Source of the DNA: Flavobacteriaceae bacterium
GTDB taxonomy: Bacteria > Bacteroidota > Bacteroidia > Flavobacteriales > Flavobacteriaceae
Direction: 5' to 3'
Assembly: GCA_002711185.1 (NCBI GenBank)
Contig: PAHL01000012.1
Coordinates: forward strand, 20,930 to 53,568
DNA: 32,639 bases
Shown piece after piece: positions 8,952 to 18,274 of this stretch; position 1 is the first letter of the stretch; each line of letters begins with the position of its first letter. The position numbers and the translations under genes are program-made. The notes under the pieces are model-generated. The model did no database searches and was not told the DNA's origin. It was given only the letters and a program-made list of their open reading frames with translations.

Positions 8952-10574
8952 CTACAAATACATATTTTTTCTTAATTCTTTAATTTTTGGATCAGTCATA
9001 TATTCATCAAAATTTAAATATCTATCAATTATACCCTTTGGTGTTAATTCAATAACTCTATTTGCCAGAGATTGTGCAAAATGATGGTCACTAGTTGAAA
9101 ATAATAAAGTTCCTTTAAAATTAATTAATGCATTATTAAATGCAGTGATAGCCTCTAAATCTAAATGATTGGTAGGTTCGTCTATTATCAAGACGTTAGA
9201 TCTACTCATCATCATTTTAGAAATCATACACCTTACTTTTTCTCCACCAGATAAAATATTTGAATTTTTTAAGGCTTCATCACCGGTAAACAACATTTTA
9301 CCAAGAAAACCTCTCAAATATACCTCTTCTTTTTCCTCTTCAGTGATTGCATAGTTCCTCAACCAATCTACCAAAGATTGTGGTTTGTTAAATAAATAGT
9401 CATTATTTAATGGAATGTATTCTTGTTTTGTAGTAATTCCCCAATCAAATGAACCATCAAATGTTTTAATTCTATTTGAAATAATATCAAAAAAATTATT
9501 TACTGCCCTTGTATCCTTACTTATGAAGATAACCTTATCAGATTTGGAAAGGTTTAAATTAACTTTATCAAATAATAAATCTCCATCAAACTTAAAGGCT
9601 AATTTTTCGATATTAAGTATTTGATCACCAGCTTCTCTTTCCAAATCAAAGATTATACCTGGATACCTTCGACTTGAAGGCTTAATTTCCTCAATATTTA
9701 ATTTTTCTATCATTTTTTTCCTTGATGTTGCTTGTTTAGATTTGGCAACATTAGCAGAAAATCTAGATATAAATTCTTGTAATTCTTTCTTTTTTTCTTC
9801 TGCTTTTTTATTTGACTGTGCTTTTTGCCTTGCTGCTAATTGAGATGACTCATACCAGAAACTATAATTTCCTGAGTAATGATTTATTTTTCCATAATCA
9901 ATATCAGATATGTGTGTACAAACAGAATCTAAAAAATGTCTATCATGTGAAACAACAATAACTGTATTTTCATAATTACAAAGAAAATTTTCAAGCCATT
10001 CAATTGTATCATAATCAAGGTCATTTGTTGGTTCATCCATAATTAAAACATCTGGATTTCCAAAAAGGGCCTGGGCTATTAAAACTCTAACTTTTTGTTT
10101 GGAATCAAGATCTAACATTTTATTAAAATGAAGATTTTCATCGATGCCTAAATTTGATAATAAATTTGCAGCATTACTCTCAGCACTCCATCCATCCATT
10201 TCTTCATATTTAATTTGTAATTCCCCTACTCTCTCACTATCAGAATCAGAAAAATTCTCAATCTTATAGATATCTTCCATCTCAGATTTAATTCTAAAAA
10301 GATCTTTATTTCCCATTAATACAGTTTCAAGAACTTGATATTCATCGTGTAAATTATGGTTTTGTTCTAAGATGGATAGACGTTTATCTGGTTCCAAAGA
10401 AATATTTCCAGAATTAGGTTCTTTTAAACCTGAAATAATATTTAAAAAGGTAGATTTTCCAGCTCCATTTGCACCAATTATACCATAGCAATTACCTGGA
10501 CTGAAGGTTACATTTACTTCATCAAATAAAATTCTTTTACCGAACTGAACAGATAAATTATTTACAATTAACAT
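8952..10574 (-). CDS. ABC-F family ATPase (YbiT-like) with only one canonical P-loop
   Basis: 540 aa with two tandem NBDs and no TM segments. NBD1 has Walker A GANGAGKST and Walker B LIMDEPTNDLD. NBD2 has signature LSGGEKVR and Walker B LIIDEPTNHLD. There is an inter-domain basic linker (QSNKKAEEKKKELQEFISRFSANVAKSKQATSRKK). The NBD2 P-loop position reads ISKDTRAVNN. Confidence 0.9.
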   Translation of the reverse strand: MLIVNNLSVQFGKRILFDEVNVTFSPGNCYGIIGANGAGKSTFLNIISGLKEPNSGNISLEPDKRLSILEQNHNLHDEYQVLETVLMGNKDLFRIKSEMEDIYKIENFSDSDSERVGELQIKYEEMDGWSAESNAANLLSNLGIDENLHFNKMLDLDSKQKVRVLIAQALFGNPDVLIMDEPTNDLDYDTIEWLENFLCNYENTVIVVSHDRHFLDSVCTHISDIDYGKINHYSGNYSFWYESSQLAARQKAQSNKKAEEKKKELQEFISRFSANVAKSKQATSRKKMIEKLNIEEIKPSSRRYPGIIFDLEREAGDQILNIEKLAFKFDGDLLFDKVNLNLSKSDKVIFISKDTRAVNNFFDIISNRIKTFDGSFDWGITTKQEYIPLNNDYLFNKPQSLVDWLRNYAITEEEKEEVYLRGFLGKMLFTGDEALKNSNILSGGEKVRCMISKMMMSRSNVLIIDEPTNHLDLEAITAFNNALINFKGTLLFSTSDHHFAQSLANRVIELTPKGIIDRYLNFDEYMTDPKIKELRKNMYL

Positions 10575-10658
10575 ACTTAAAATTTTGCTAAAAATAATAA
10601 ATCCAAAACTGGAATACTATTAATTTTATAAATTGAAATAAATTTTAATTTTAAATAA

Positions 10659-12041
10659 ATGAGAGATTTTTTAATTTTTGTTTTATTATTTCATAATATT
10701 TTATTTTTTTCATGTAAATCCGAAATAAATTTAAATGATAAGGATGCTTTTTTAGGTGGTCAAATAGTTAATCCATCATCTAATTATGTTACATTATACA
10801 AGAATAATATTTCTATTGATTGTTTATTATTAGATTCAAATAATTCATTTGAAATAGAATTATCAGATATTAAATCTGGCATCTATAAGGTTGAACATAT
10901 TCCTGAATATCAATCAATTATTATAGAATCTGGTGATAGTTTATGGATGAGGGCAAATTCATCTGATTTTAATAAATCCATTTTTTTTAGTGGTATTGGA
11001 AGTAGTAAAAATAATTTTCTGATGGATATGAAATTAAAAATTGATGAAGAAAGTCAATTCTTATCTTCAAAATATTCATTAAACTCTGATGATTTTTCAA
11101 ATATTATCGATTCGTTATTAATCCAAAAGAAGAAGTCATGGATTAAAATGGACTCCATAAATAATTTGACTAAGATTGCTCAAAAAATCACTATGGCCTC
11201 ATATGTCTATCCTTATGCTACTATTAGGGAAAGATATTCTTTATTGAGAGGGACAAATTGGACCACTAATAAGGATAGTATTTATTTTAATTACAGAAGG
11301 TTTTTAAATTTTGAAGAAAAAGATTTAGCTTTCTTTGAGCCATATATAAACTATGTAATAAACTTTTTAAACGAAAAATCATTAGACAGTTCAATGTATT
11401 ATTTCAAACATAAAAAGAATACAAACTTTAATATAAAAAGACTTCAAACTTTAGAAAATGAAATCTCAGGAAGAGAATTGAAAAATAATTTAGCTCGAGC
11501 CATTGCCTACGATGAAATTTTTAATTTTAAAAATCATTTAGATCATGAAAATTTTCTTCAATATTATTTTGCAATTAATACAAATACTATGTTCCTCGCA
11601 GAAATACTAAATCTTCACAATGATATCAAAAAAATGAGTAAAGGTTTTTATTTACCTGAAATAAATCTTCAAAACTCAAACCTAGATTCAGTCAGTAGTA
11701 ATTCTATATTTAATAACAAAAAAACCTTAATTTATTTTTGGTCTCAGACTCAAATGAACCATTACGGTAAAACAATAAAAATATTGAATAAAATAAAAAA
11801 AATTAAACCTGAATATCAATATGTTGGAATTTCATTACAACCACTAAATCAATTAGCAATTGACGTAAATAAGATGATGAAGCAAGAAATTGAAAACCAA
11901 TATGCTATAATTGATTTTGAAGAAGCTAGTAAGAAATGGATTATTTCTCTCATAAATAAGGCAATAATTTTAGATTCTAAAGGAAGGATTGTAAACGGAT
12001 TTGCTAATTTCTTTGATCCATCTATAATTAACCAACTCTAA
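10659..12041 (+). CDS. Lipoprotein with a C-terminal TlpA/thioredoxin-like domain lacking the CxxC motif
   Basis: 460 aa. There is a signal peptide with a lipobox (LFFSC). The C-terminal segment [42 protein letters not shown] aligns by eye to the TlpA pattern (FWASWCxPC...G(V/I)S). The domain assignment is from memory of the family. Confidence 0.6.
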   Translation: MRDFLIFVLLFHNILFFSCKSEINLNDKDAFLGGQIVNPSSNYVTLYKNNISIDCLLLDSNNSFEIELSDIKSGIYKVEHIPEYQSIIIESGDSLWMRANSSDFNKSIFFSGIGSSKNNFLMDMKLKIDEESQFLSSKYSLNSDDFSNIIDSLLIQKKKSWIKMDSINNLTKIAQKITMASYVYPYATIRERYSLLRGTNWTTNKDSIYFNYRRFLNFEEKDLAFFEPYINYVINFLNEKSLDSSMYYFKHKKNTNFNIKRLQTLENEISGRELKNNLARAIAYDEIFNFKNHLDHENFLQYYFAINTNTMFLAEILNLHNDIKKMSKGFYLPEINLQNSNLDSVSSNSIFNNKKTLIYFWSQTQMNHYGKTIKILNKIKKIKPEYQYVGISLQPLNQLAIDVNKMMKQEIENQYAIIDFEEASKKWIISLINKAIILDSKGRIVNGFANFFDPSIINQL

Positions 12042-12691
12042 TTTCCTTTTTTATAATCAGCAAGAAATTTTTTCAAACCAGAATCAGTTAGAGGGTGTTT
12101 GGCTAGAGAAATTATTGCACTTAATGGTCCCGTCATTACATCTGCGCCTATTTTAGCACAATTGATTATGTGCATTGGGTTACGTATCGATGCAGCTAAA
12201 ATTTCTGTTTCAAATGCATAATTATCAAATATATGCCTTATCTCTTCGATCAGAATCATTCCATCATGAGAGATATCATCTAACCTTCCAATAAAGGGGG
12301 AAACATAAGTTGCGCCTGCTTTAGCAGCAAGAAGTGCTTGGCCAGCTGAAAAAATTAAAGTGCAGTTTGTTTTAATGCCTTTATTTGAAAAATATTTTAT
12401 TGCCTTGATACCTTCATTAATCATCGGAACTTTGACAACGATTTGACTATGGAGTTTAGCTAAGACTTCTCCTTCTTTTATAATCCCATCATAATCAACG
12501 GAAATTACTTCCGCAGAAACATCTCCACTGACCAAATTACATATTTCAACATAATGATTTAATATATTTTTCTCCCCTGTAATTCCTTCTTTAGCCATCA
12601 GAGATGGATTTGTGGTAACTCCATCAAGAATACCAAGATTTTCTGCTTGTCTAATCTGTTCAATATTTGCTGTATCAATAAAAAATTTCAT
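12038..12691 (-). CDS. tal: Transaldolase / fructose-6-phosphate aldolase (type 3B, short form)
   Basis: 217 aa. [31 protein letters not shown], with the Schiff-base lysine context IVVKVPM. Confidence 0.9.
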   Translation of the reverse strand: MKFFIDTANIEQIRQAENLGILDGVTTNPSLMAKEGITGEKNILNHYVEICNLVSGDVSAEVISVDYDGIIKEGEVLAKLHSQIVVKVPMINEGIKAIKYFSNKGIKTNCTLIFSAGQALLAAKAGATYVSPFIGRLDDISHDGMILIEEIRHIFDNYAFETEILAASIRNPMHIINCAKIGADVMTGPLSAIISLAKHPLTDSGLKKFLADYKKGN

Positions 12692-12700
12692 ATTTTCTTT

Positions 12701-13504
12701 TTAAATTTTGTAAAAGTTCATTAAAATTTTCTCATAAATAAAATCAGGAAGTATTTTTTTTAGAAAAATAGAAAATTTTTGAAAAAAAGCTCCAATTTTG
12801 TAATGAACTTTTGGATTTCTCGTATTTATTATCTTGTATACAATTTTTGCTACCTCTAAAGGATTATTTCCATCATCAACATGTCTATTCATTTCGTTAA
12901 GACTTTTTCTATATAAATAATTATAAGGTCCCTCTTTTACCGGAGAATGGTATCTTCTAGAGGCAATATTTGTTGCAAAATCTCCTGGTGCTAAAGTTAA
13001 AATATTAATTCCAAATCTTTTAACTTCCATTCTAATTGATTCAGTAAATAATTGTAATGCGCCTTTTGAGGCTGAATAACAACTTCTATAGGGTAATCCC
13101 ATATAGCCAGCAATTGAGGAAATATTGATAATTAAACCCTTTTTATTTTTTCTCATTGAAGGTAAAATTTTTTGCATCATTATAACTTGTCCAAAAAAAT
13201 TTGTATCGAAATTTTTTTTCATTTCTTCAATATCGGTCTCCTCTCCTGGACCCGTTATTCCAACACCCGCATTATTAATTAATATATCAATCTTTTTTTC
13301 TTTTTCTAAAATAAAATTTATGACATTATCAATTAATTTAATGTCAGTTAGGTCCAATTTTAATAATTTATATGAAGTAGGAATAGAATATTTTGATGGG
13401 TTTCTACTTGTACCATATACGTTGTAACCTTTCTTAGATAAAAACTCCGAAGTAGTTTTACCTAGTCCTGATGATGCACCTGTAATTAAAATTGTTTCAC
13501 TCAT
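12701..13504 (-). CDS. Short-chain dehydrogenase/reductase (SDR) family oxidoreductase
   Basis: 267 aa. The cofactor motif is TGASSGLGK and the catalytic motif is YSASKGAL. It lies 9 nt upstream of tal on the same strand. Confidence 0.9.
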   Translation of the reverse strand: MSETILITGASSGLGKTTSEFLSKKGYNVYGTSRNPSKYSIPTSYKLLKLDLTDIKLIDNVINFILEKEKKIDILINNAGVGITGPGEETDIEEMKKNFDTNFFGQVIMMQKILPSMRKNKKGLIINISSIAGYMGLPYRSCYSASKGALQLFTESIRMEVKRFGINILTLAPGDFATNIASRRYHSPVKEGPYNYLYRKSLNEMNRHVDDGNNPLEVAKIVYKIINTRNPKVHYKIGAFFQKFSIFLKKILPDFIYEKILMNFYKI

Positions 13505-13508
13505 AATT

Positions 13509-13610
13509 AAAAGGGCAAGCTAACTACATCACACCGCTACAACCATCTACCCTTGCTGTGTTACCACCCTGGGGGAATTCGACAGGAGCTGGTTGTGTAG
13601 TACTTGCCCT
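13509..13610 (-). ncRNA. ffs: Signal recognition particle RNA (small bacterial 4.5S type)
   Basis: This is the only conspicuously G+C-rich stretch in a non-coding gap. The minus-strand read is GGGCAAGUACUACACAACCAGCUCCUGUCGAAUUCCCCCAGGGUGGUAACACAGCAAGGGUAGAUGGUUGUAGCGGUGUGAUGUAGUUAGCUUGCCCUUUU. It forms a roughly 45/48-nt hairpin closed by GGGCAAG/CUUGCCC. The apex CCC-CAGG-GUG-GUAA-CAC-AGCA-AGGG reproduces SRP domain IV (E. coli GGUC-AGG-UCC-GGAA-GGA-AGCA-GCC): a GNAR tetraloop flanked by the AGG/AGCA symmetric loop. The ends are approximate. Confidence 0.85.
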
Positions 13611-13613
13611 AGA

Positions 13614-13621
13614 CAAATATA
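13614..13621 (-). promoter_or_regulatory. -7 promoter box (TATATTTG on the minus strand) for ffs
   Basis: Plus-strand CAAATATA is the reverse complement of TATATTTG. It ends 4 nt before the first G of the terminal SRP helix. Confidence 0.5.
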
Positions 13622-13668
13622 AGATATAGATTAAAGACGACAAGTAAGATCAAATTTTAATTTTTGTC

Positions 13669-13676
13669 TAAATTTG
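13669..13676 (+). promoter_or_regulatory. -7 promoter box (TAAATTTG) for the glutaminyl cyclase gene
   Basis: Exact TAnnTTTG match 16 nt upstream of the ATG at 13693. Confidence 0.45.
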
Positions 13677-13692
13677 TATTAATTAATATATA

Positions 13693-14715
13693 ATGATTCG
13701 ATTATTATCATTTTTTATATTTTCCTCTATTATTGGATGTGCTTCCTACAATACCAATAAATATATAATTGAACTAAACTCATCTGAATTTTTTCCTAAT
13801 GATACTTTAGAGGTTAATATAAAATCAAATAAATCTTACCCAATTCCTAAAAGTCAAATTTTTCTCAATGGAAAAAAAATAGATTCTGTTTATTCACTTT
13901 CATCATTAAAATTAGGATATCATGAAATTCAAGTTGAAATAATAAACCAAGGAAAAAAAACTAAACTCAAAGATAATTTTGTTCTTTATGCAAAAGATCC
14001 TCCAAAACTTTATTCGTATAAAATTATAAACACTTATCCACACGACGAAACTTCATATACTCAAGGATTAGAATTCAATAAAAATATATTATTTGAAAGT
14101 ACAGGTCTTCGTGGAAAATCAAAAATCAGATCATTAAATTATAAAACTGGTGAAATAATTAATGAAATAAAATTAAATGATAAGTATTTTGGTGAGGGAT
14201 TGACAATTATGAATAATAAAATTTATCAATTAACATGGCAGGAAGATATTGGATTTGTTTACGATATTGATCTTACGAAGGTTGAGAGTTCCTTTACTTA
14301 TGATGAGAGTGTTGAAGGATGGGGATTATGTAATAATGGAGAAATTTTTTATAAATCAGATGGGACAAATAAGATTTGGTTATTGGACAGTAATGATTTA
14401 AAAGAAATGGATTATATCGAAGTAATGACAAATAAGAAATCTATAAATAAATTAAATGAATTAGAGTGGCACAATAATAAAATATATGCTAATACCTATC
14501 AGTTTGAAAAAGATGTTGTTTTAATAATCGATCCTGAATCCGGTGGTGTAGAAGGCGTTATTGATTTTTCAGGTTTAAAAAACTCGGTGAAACAAATTGA
14601 ATCTTTAAATGTTTTAAATGGTATTGCTTATAATCTAGTAACAAATACTTTTTTTGTCACTGGTAAAAACTGGAGTAAAATTTTTGAAGTTGAAATTTTT
14701 AAAAATAATGAATGA
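13693..14715 (+). CDS. Glutaminyl-peptide cyclotransferase (bacterial/plant beta-propeller type), lipoprotein with an N-terminal extra domain
   Basis: 340 aa with lipobox SSIIGCAS. The core YPHDETSYTQGLEF...GLRGKSKIR...GEGLT...LTWQE...EGWGL...LNELEW...NVLNGIAY matches glutamine cyclotransferase repeats. Confidence 0.8.
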   Translation: MIRLLSFFIFSSIIGCASYNTNKYIIELNSSEFFPNDTLEVNIKSNKSYPIPKSQIFLNGKKIDSVYSLSSLKLGYHEIQVEIINQGKKTKLKDNFVLYAKDPPKLYSYKIINTYPHDETSYTQGLEFNKNILFESTGLRGKSKIRSLNYKTGEIINEIKLNDKYFGEGLTIMNNKIYQLTWQEDIGFVYDIDLTKVESSFTYDESVEGWGLCNNGEIFYKSDGTNKIWLLDSNDLKEMDYIEVMTNKKSINKLNELEWHNNKIYANTYQFEKDVVLIIDPESGGVEGVIDFSGLKNSVKQIESLNVLNGIAYNLVTNTFFVTGKNWSKIFEVEIFKNNE

Positions 14716-15124
14716 ATTTACTCAAAAGATTAAAGTAACTAAAGATCATTTAGATGAACTAGATCACGTAAATAATGTTCAATATTTATATTGGGCTCAA
14801 GAAATTGCCAAATCCCATTGGTCTTATTTAACTGAAAAAATTAATCCTGTACCGGGGGTTTGGGTTGTGAGACATCATGATGTTTTATATAAACTTGGTG
14901 CATACCTTTGTGATGAAATTATCATTTCTACATATATTAAATCAGTCAAAGGGCCTATTTCAGAGAGAGTTGTTAATTTTTATAATTCAAAAAATAATAA
15001 TAAAGTAATTGTGAAGATTATTAGTAAATGGTGCTACTTAAGTGACGCCAAAAACAGAAAAATAACCGCTATTCCAGAGTTTATCAGTAATCTTTTTGAC
15101 CCACCTGATTCAAAAATTAAATAA
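14708..15124 (+). CDS. Hotdog-fold acyl-CoA thioesterase (4HBT-like)
   Basis: The track ORF 14654..15124 is trimmed to the ATG at 14708 ([32 protein letters not shown]). This start overlaps the upstream stop as ATGAATGA. The D..HVNN..Y motif is typical of the family. Confidence 0.75.
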   Translation: MNEFTQKIKVTKDHLDELDHVNNVQYLYWAQEIAKSHWSYLTEKINPVPGVWVVRHHDVLYKLGAYLCDEIIISTYIKSVKGPISERVVNFYNSKNNNKVIVKIISKWCYLSDAKNRKITAIPEFISNLFDPPDSKIK

Positions 15125-16384
15125 TTTCCTTTCTTTCATAATTTCTCTTACATCTTTAGAGATATTATTTAAGGTTGATTCATCTTGATGGTTATTTAAA
15201 ACTTTGTCAATCATATTAACAATTATATTCATATCATTTTTTCTAAAGCCTCGAGTTGTAATAGCAGGGGTTCCTATTCTAATTCCTGAGGTAATAAAAG
15301 GGGACTTATCATCAAAAGGAACCATATTTTTATTAACTGTTATCTCTGCTTTTACTAATGCTTCTTCAGCTTCTTTACCAGATATATTTTTATTTCTTAG
15401 ATCAATTAGCATTAAATGATTGTCCGTTCCATTTGAAATGATTTTATATCCTAAGTCAATAAATAAATTGGCCATAATTTGAGAGTTTTCAATAACTCTC
15501 TTTTGATAATTTATGAATTGAGGAGAAAGAGCTTCAGAAAATGCAATGGCTTTTGCAGCAATAACATGCATTAAGGGACCGCCTTGATTTCCTGGGAATA
15601 CTGCCATATTTAATAAATTAGACATTTTTTTTAATGAGCCATTTTTTAATCTTTGACCAAATGGGTTATCAAAGTCCTTACCCATTAATATAAGACCCCC
15701 TCTTGGACCACGAAGTGTTTTGTGTGTTGTAGTTGTAATTACGTGACAGTGAGGAATAGGATTATTTAATAATCCTGATGCTATCATTCCCGAAGGATGA
15801 GAAATATCAGCTAGTAAAAAAGAATCTACTTTATCTGCAATGTATCTGAAACGTTTAAAGTCAATATCTCTAGAGTAAGCAGAAGCTCCGGCAATTATCA
15901 TTTTCGGCTTAAGTTTTGTTGCTATTGATTCAATTTGATCATAATCCAATACTCCACTTTCTCTATCCACTCCATAAAAGCTTGCCTGGTATAATTTTCC
16001 TGAAAAATTTACTGGTGATCCATGAGTTAAGTGTCCACCGTGGGATAGATCAAAACCTAAAATTTTATCTCCCGGAGAAAGAAATGCATGGAATACTGCA
16101 GTATTTGCTTGAGATCCTGAATGAGGCTGAACATTTGCATATTCACATCCAAATAGTTTTTTCGCACGATTAATGGCAATCTCCTCAATCTCATCAACAA
16201 CTTCACAGCCTCCATAATATCTTTTAGCAGGATATCCCTCAGCATATTTGTTAGTGAGTATCGAACCAGTTACTTTCATAACATCTGGACTTGTAAAATT
16301 CTCAGATGCAATAAGTTCTATACCATTTTTTTGTCTGATTTTCTCTTTTGAAACAAGGTCAAATATTTCTTTATCAATCATCAT
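15110..16384 (-). CDS. glyA: Serine hydroxymethyltransferase
   Basis: 424 aa. [10 protein letters not shown], and the PLP-lysine context [14 protein letters not shown]. Confidence 0.97.
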   Translation of the reverse strand: MMIDKEIFDLVSKEKIRQKNGIELIASENFTSPDVMKVTGSILTNKYAEGYPAKRYYGGCEVVDEIEEIAINRAKKLFGCEYANVQPHSGSQANTAVFHAFLSPGDKILGFDLSHGGHLTHGSPVNFSGKLYQASFYGVDRESGVLDYDQIESIATKLKPKMIIAGASAYSRDIDFKRFRYIADKVDSFLLADISHPSGMIASGLLNNPIPHCHVITTTTHKTLRGPRGGLILMGKDFDNPFGQRLKNGSLKKMSNLLNMAVFPGNQGGPLMHVIAAKAIAFSEALSPQFINYQKRVIENSQIMANLFIDLGYKIISNGTDNHLMLIDLRNKNISGKEAEEALVKAEITVNKNMVPFDDKSPFITSGIRIGTPAITTRGFRKNDMNIIVNMIDKVLNNHQDESTLNNISKDVREIMKERKLFNF

Positions 16385-16399
16385 TAAATTATTTCAATG

Positions 16400-16407
16400 C
16401 AAATTTA
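16400..16407 (-). promoter_or_regulatory. -7 promoter box (TAAATTTG on the minus strand) for glyA
   Basis: Plus-strand CAAATTTA lies 15 nt upstream of the glyA ATG at 16384. Confidence 0.45.
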
Positions 16408-16504
16408 AATATTATTATACTTTGTAGATAAACAAAATAGGAAATATACCCCAAGTTGTTCACATTAAATAAACATTTATCAAAATATTAAATATTAACT
16501 TTAC

Positions 16505-16969
16505 ATGATGCTTAAAAAAATAAACATACAAAATAAAAGAGCAAAATTTGAATACAATTTACTCGATAAATATGTAGCTGGTATAGTTTTAACTGGTTCA
16601 GAAATAAAATCTATTAGAGGTAGTAAAGCGTCTATATCTAATAGCTTCTGTGAATTTAATAATGAAAACGAACTTTTCATAATCAATATGTCTATTGAAG
16701 AATATAATCATGGATCAAATTATAATCATAAACCAAAACAAAGCAGGAAGTTATTATTGAATAAGAATGAATTAAAAAAATTATTTAAAGAAGTTAACAA
16801 TTCTGGTTTAACAATTATTCCGCTTAAGTTATTCATAAATGAAAATGGATATGCAAAAATTCAAATTTGCTTAGCAAAGGGTAAAAAATTATATGACAAG
16901 AGAGAAGCAATTAAAGAAAGAGATAACAAAAGAAATATTGATAGAATTAAAAAAACATTCAATAAATGA
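16505..16969 (+). CDS. smpB: SsrA-binding protein SmpB
   Basis: 154 aa. NKRAKFEYNLLDKYVAGIVLTGSEIKSIR and GYAKIQICLAKGKKLYDKRE are canonical SmpB. The start could be 16505 or 16508. Confidence 0.95.
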   Translation: MMLKKINIQNKRAKFEYNLLDKYVAGIVLTGSEIKSIRGSKASISNSFCEFNNENELFIINMSIEEYNHGSNYNHKPKQSRKLLLNKNELKKLFKEVNNSGLTIIPLKLFINENGYAKIQICLAKGKKLYDKREAIKERDNKRNIDRIKKTFNK

Positions 16970-17571
16970 TAAATCAAAATATCAAAGATTTTATTTTAAA
17001 TTTAAATGTAAATAAAATTCCACTTCAACGAAAAAACTCTCTTAATACAATAATAAAAGAACTTAAAAAAAATAATGATTTAAATCTTCCATCAAAATTA
17101 AATTTTATATGCACTCATAATTCACGAAGAAGTCAGCTTTGTCAAATTTGGAGCGAAATAATATTTAATTATTATGGATTTACAAGGATTCACTCATTTT
17201 CAGGTGGTACCGAAGTAACAAATGTTAATAAGCGTATAATAAAGATTTTGATTGAAAGTGGTTTTTCTATAAAACAAAATAAGCATATAACTAATCCAGA
17301 ATATATAGTTAAATGTGGTAAAATAAATGAAATAAAATTAATTTCTAAACTATATAACGACATTCAAAACCCTGCAAATAATTTTATAGCCGTCATGAAT
17401 TGTTCAAGTGCTGAAAAAAATTGCCCGATTATAGACGGAGCATCTAAAATAATATCACTTCAGTTTGATGATCCTGGGAAATTTGATGAATCATCTTTAG
17501 AAAATGAAAAATACAGGGAAACAAATATTGATATTGCTTCATCAATAAAATATATATGTATTAACATTTAG
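16966..17571 (+). CDS. Low-molecular-weight phosphatase / ArsC-type (thioredoxin-coupled) arsenate reductase-like protein with an N-terminal extension
   Basis: 201 aa. The P-loop is CTHNSRRSQ (CX5R-S). A downstream cysteine pair CSSAEKNC has the spacing of the Cys82/Cys89 pair of S. aureus-type ArsC. The start overlaps the smpB stop (ATGA). Confidence 0.7.
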   Translation: MINQNIKDFILNLNVNKIPLQRKNSLNTIIKELKKNNDLNLPSKLNFICTHNSRRSQLCQIWSEIIFNYYGFTRIHSFSGGTEVTNVNKRIIKILIESGFSIKQNKHITNPEYIVKCGKINEIKLISKLYNDIQNPANNFIAVMNCSSAEKNCPIIDGASKIISLQFDDPGKFDESSLENEKYRETNIDIASSIKYICINI

Positions 17572-18209
17572 ACTTTATCCTTAAGAAGTGGAACAAATCT
17601 AAAACTACCAAAAGTTTCTTTACTATACTCTTTATCTGAGACTCTAACATATCGAGTCATAGTTTGTTCTTTAGTTCCAATTGGAATTACCAGTCTTCCA
17701 CCTATTTTTAGCTGTAACATTAAATTATTAGGTAATTCGGGTGATCCAGCAGTAACAATTATGGCATCATATGGTGCGTTGATTTTTAATCCTTTATAGC
17801 CGTCTCCAAAAACTATTTTCTTTGGTTTCCATTTAATTTTTTTAAATAACAATTCAGCTTTTTTGAACAACAACCTTTGTCTTTCAATGGTAAACACCTT
17901 ACAACCTAATTCAATTAGGACAGAGGTTTGATAACCTGAACCTGTTCCAACCTCTAATACCTTATCGCCAGCTTTAGTCTTTAATAATTGAGTTTGATAA
18001 GCAACAGTATACGGTTGAGAAATTGTTTGACCCTCCCCTATTGGATAAGCTTTATCCGTATAGGCATATGTTTTTAAACCTGATTCCATAAACCATTGTC
18101 TTGGAATATTATTTAAAGCGTTTAAAACGTTTTTATCATTTATTCCTTTCTCTGAAAGAATATTTATAAGTTGTTTTCTTAAACCTTTATTTTTATTAGT
18201 ATCTTCCAT
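17568..18209 (-). CDS. pcm: Protein-L-isoaspartate O-methyltransferase
   Basis: The track ORF (274 aa) is trimmed to Met62 (MEDTNKNKGLRKQLINILSEKGI...), giving 213 aa. The motifs QTISQPYTVA and VLEVGTGSGYQT are present. The longer form would overlap the divergent gene at 18275. Confidence 0.9.
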   Translation of the reverse strand: MEDTNKNKGLRKQLINILSEKGINDKNVLNALNNIPRQWFMESGLKTYAYTDKAYPIGEGQTISQPYTVAYQTQLLKTKAGDKVLEVGTGSGYQTSVLIELGCKVFTIERQRLLFKKAELLFKKIKWKPKKIVFGDGYKGLKINAPYDAIIVTAGSPELPNNLMLQLKIGGRLVIPIGTKEQTMTRYVRVSDKEYSKETFGSFRFVPLLKDKV

Positions 18210-18274
18210 ATATTGAGTAAAAGTAATTAAGAGAAAGTTAAAAGATTCAATAAGTATTGTATTTTTAAAAAAAA

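Noticed and set aside
13509-13610. Plus-strand reading of the G+C-rich island as SRP RNA. CUGUGUUACCA...GGGGGAAUUCGACAGGAGC looked superficially like the E. coli CUGUUUACCAGG...GGAAGGAAGCAGC.
   Set aside because: On the plus strand the arms around GGAA are very unequal (about 60 versus 32 nt), and the AGG/AGCA symmetric loop is missing. On the minus strand the apex CAGG-GUG-GUAA-CAC-AGCA, balanced arms, an upstream -7 box and a 3' U-tract all fit, so I call the minus strand.
16385-16504. A possible riboswitch or leader upstream of glyA (for example ZTP or THF type), and likewise upstream of purC and the CBS-like gene.
   Set aside because: The gaps are short and uniformly A+T-rich, with no G+C-rich conserved cores or stable helices. 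purC starts 6 nt after phoH.
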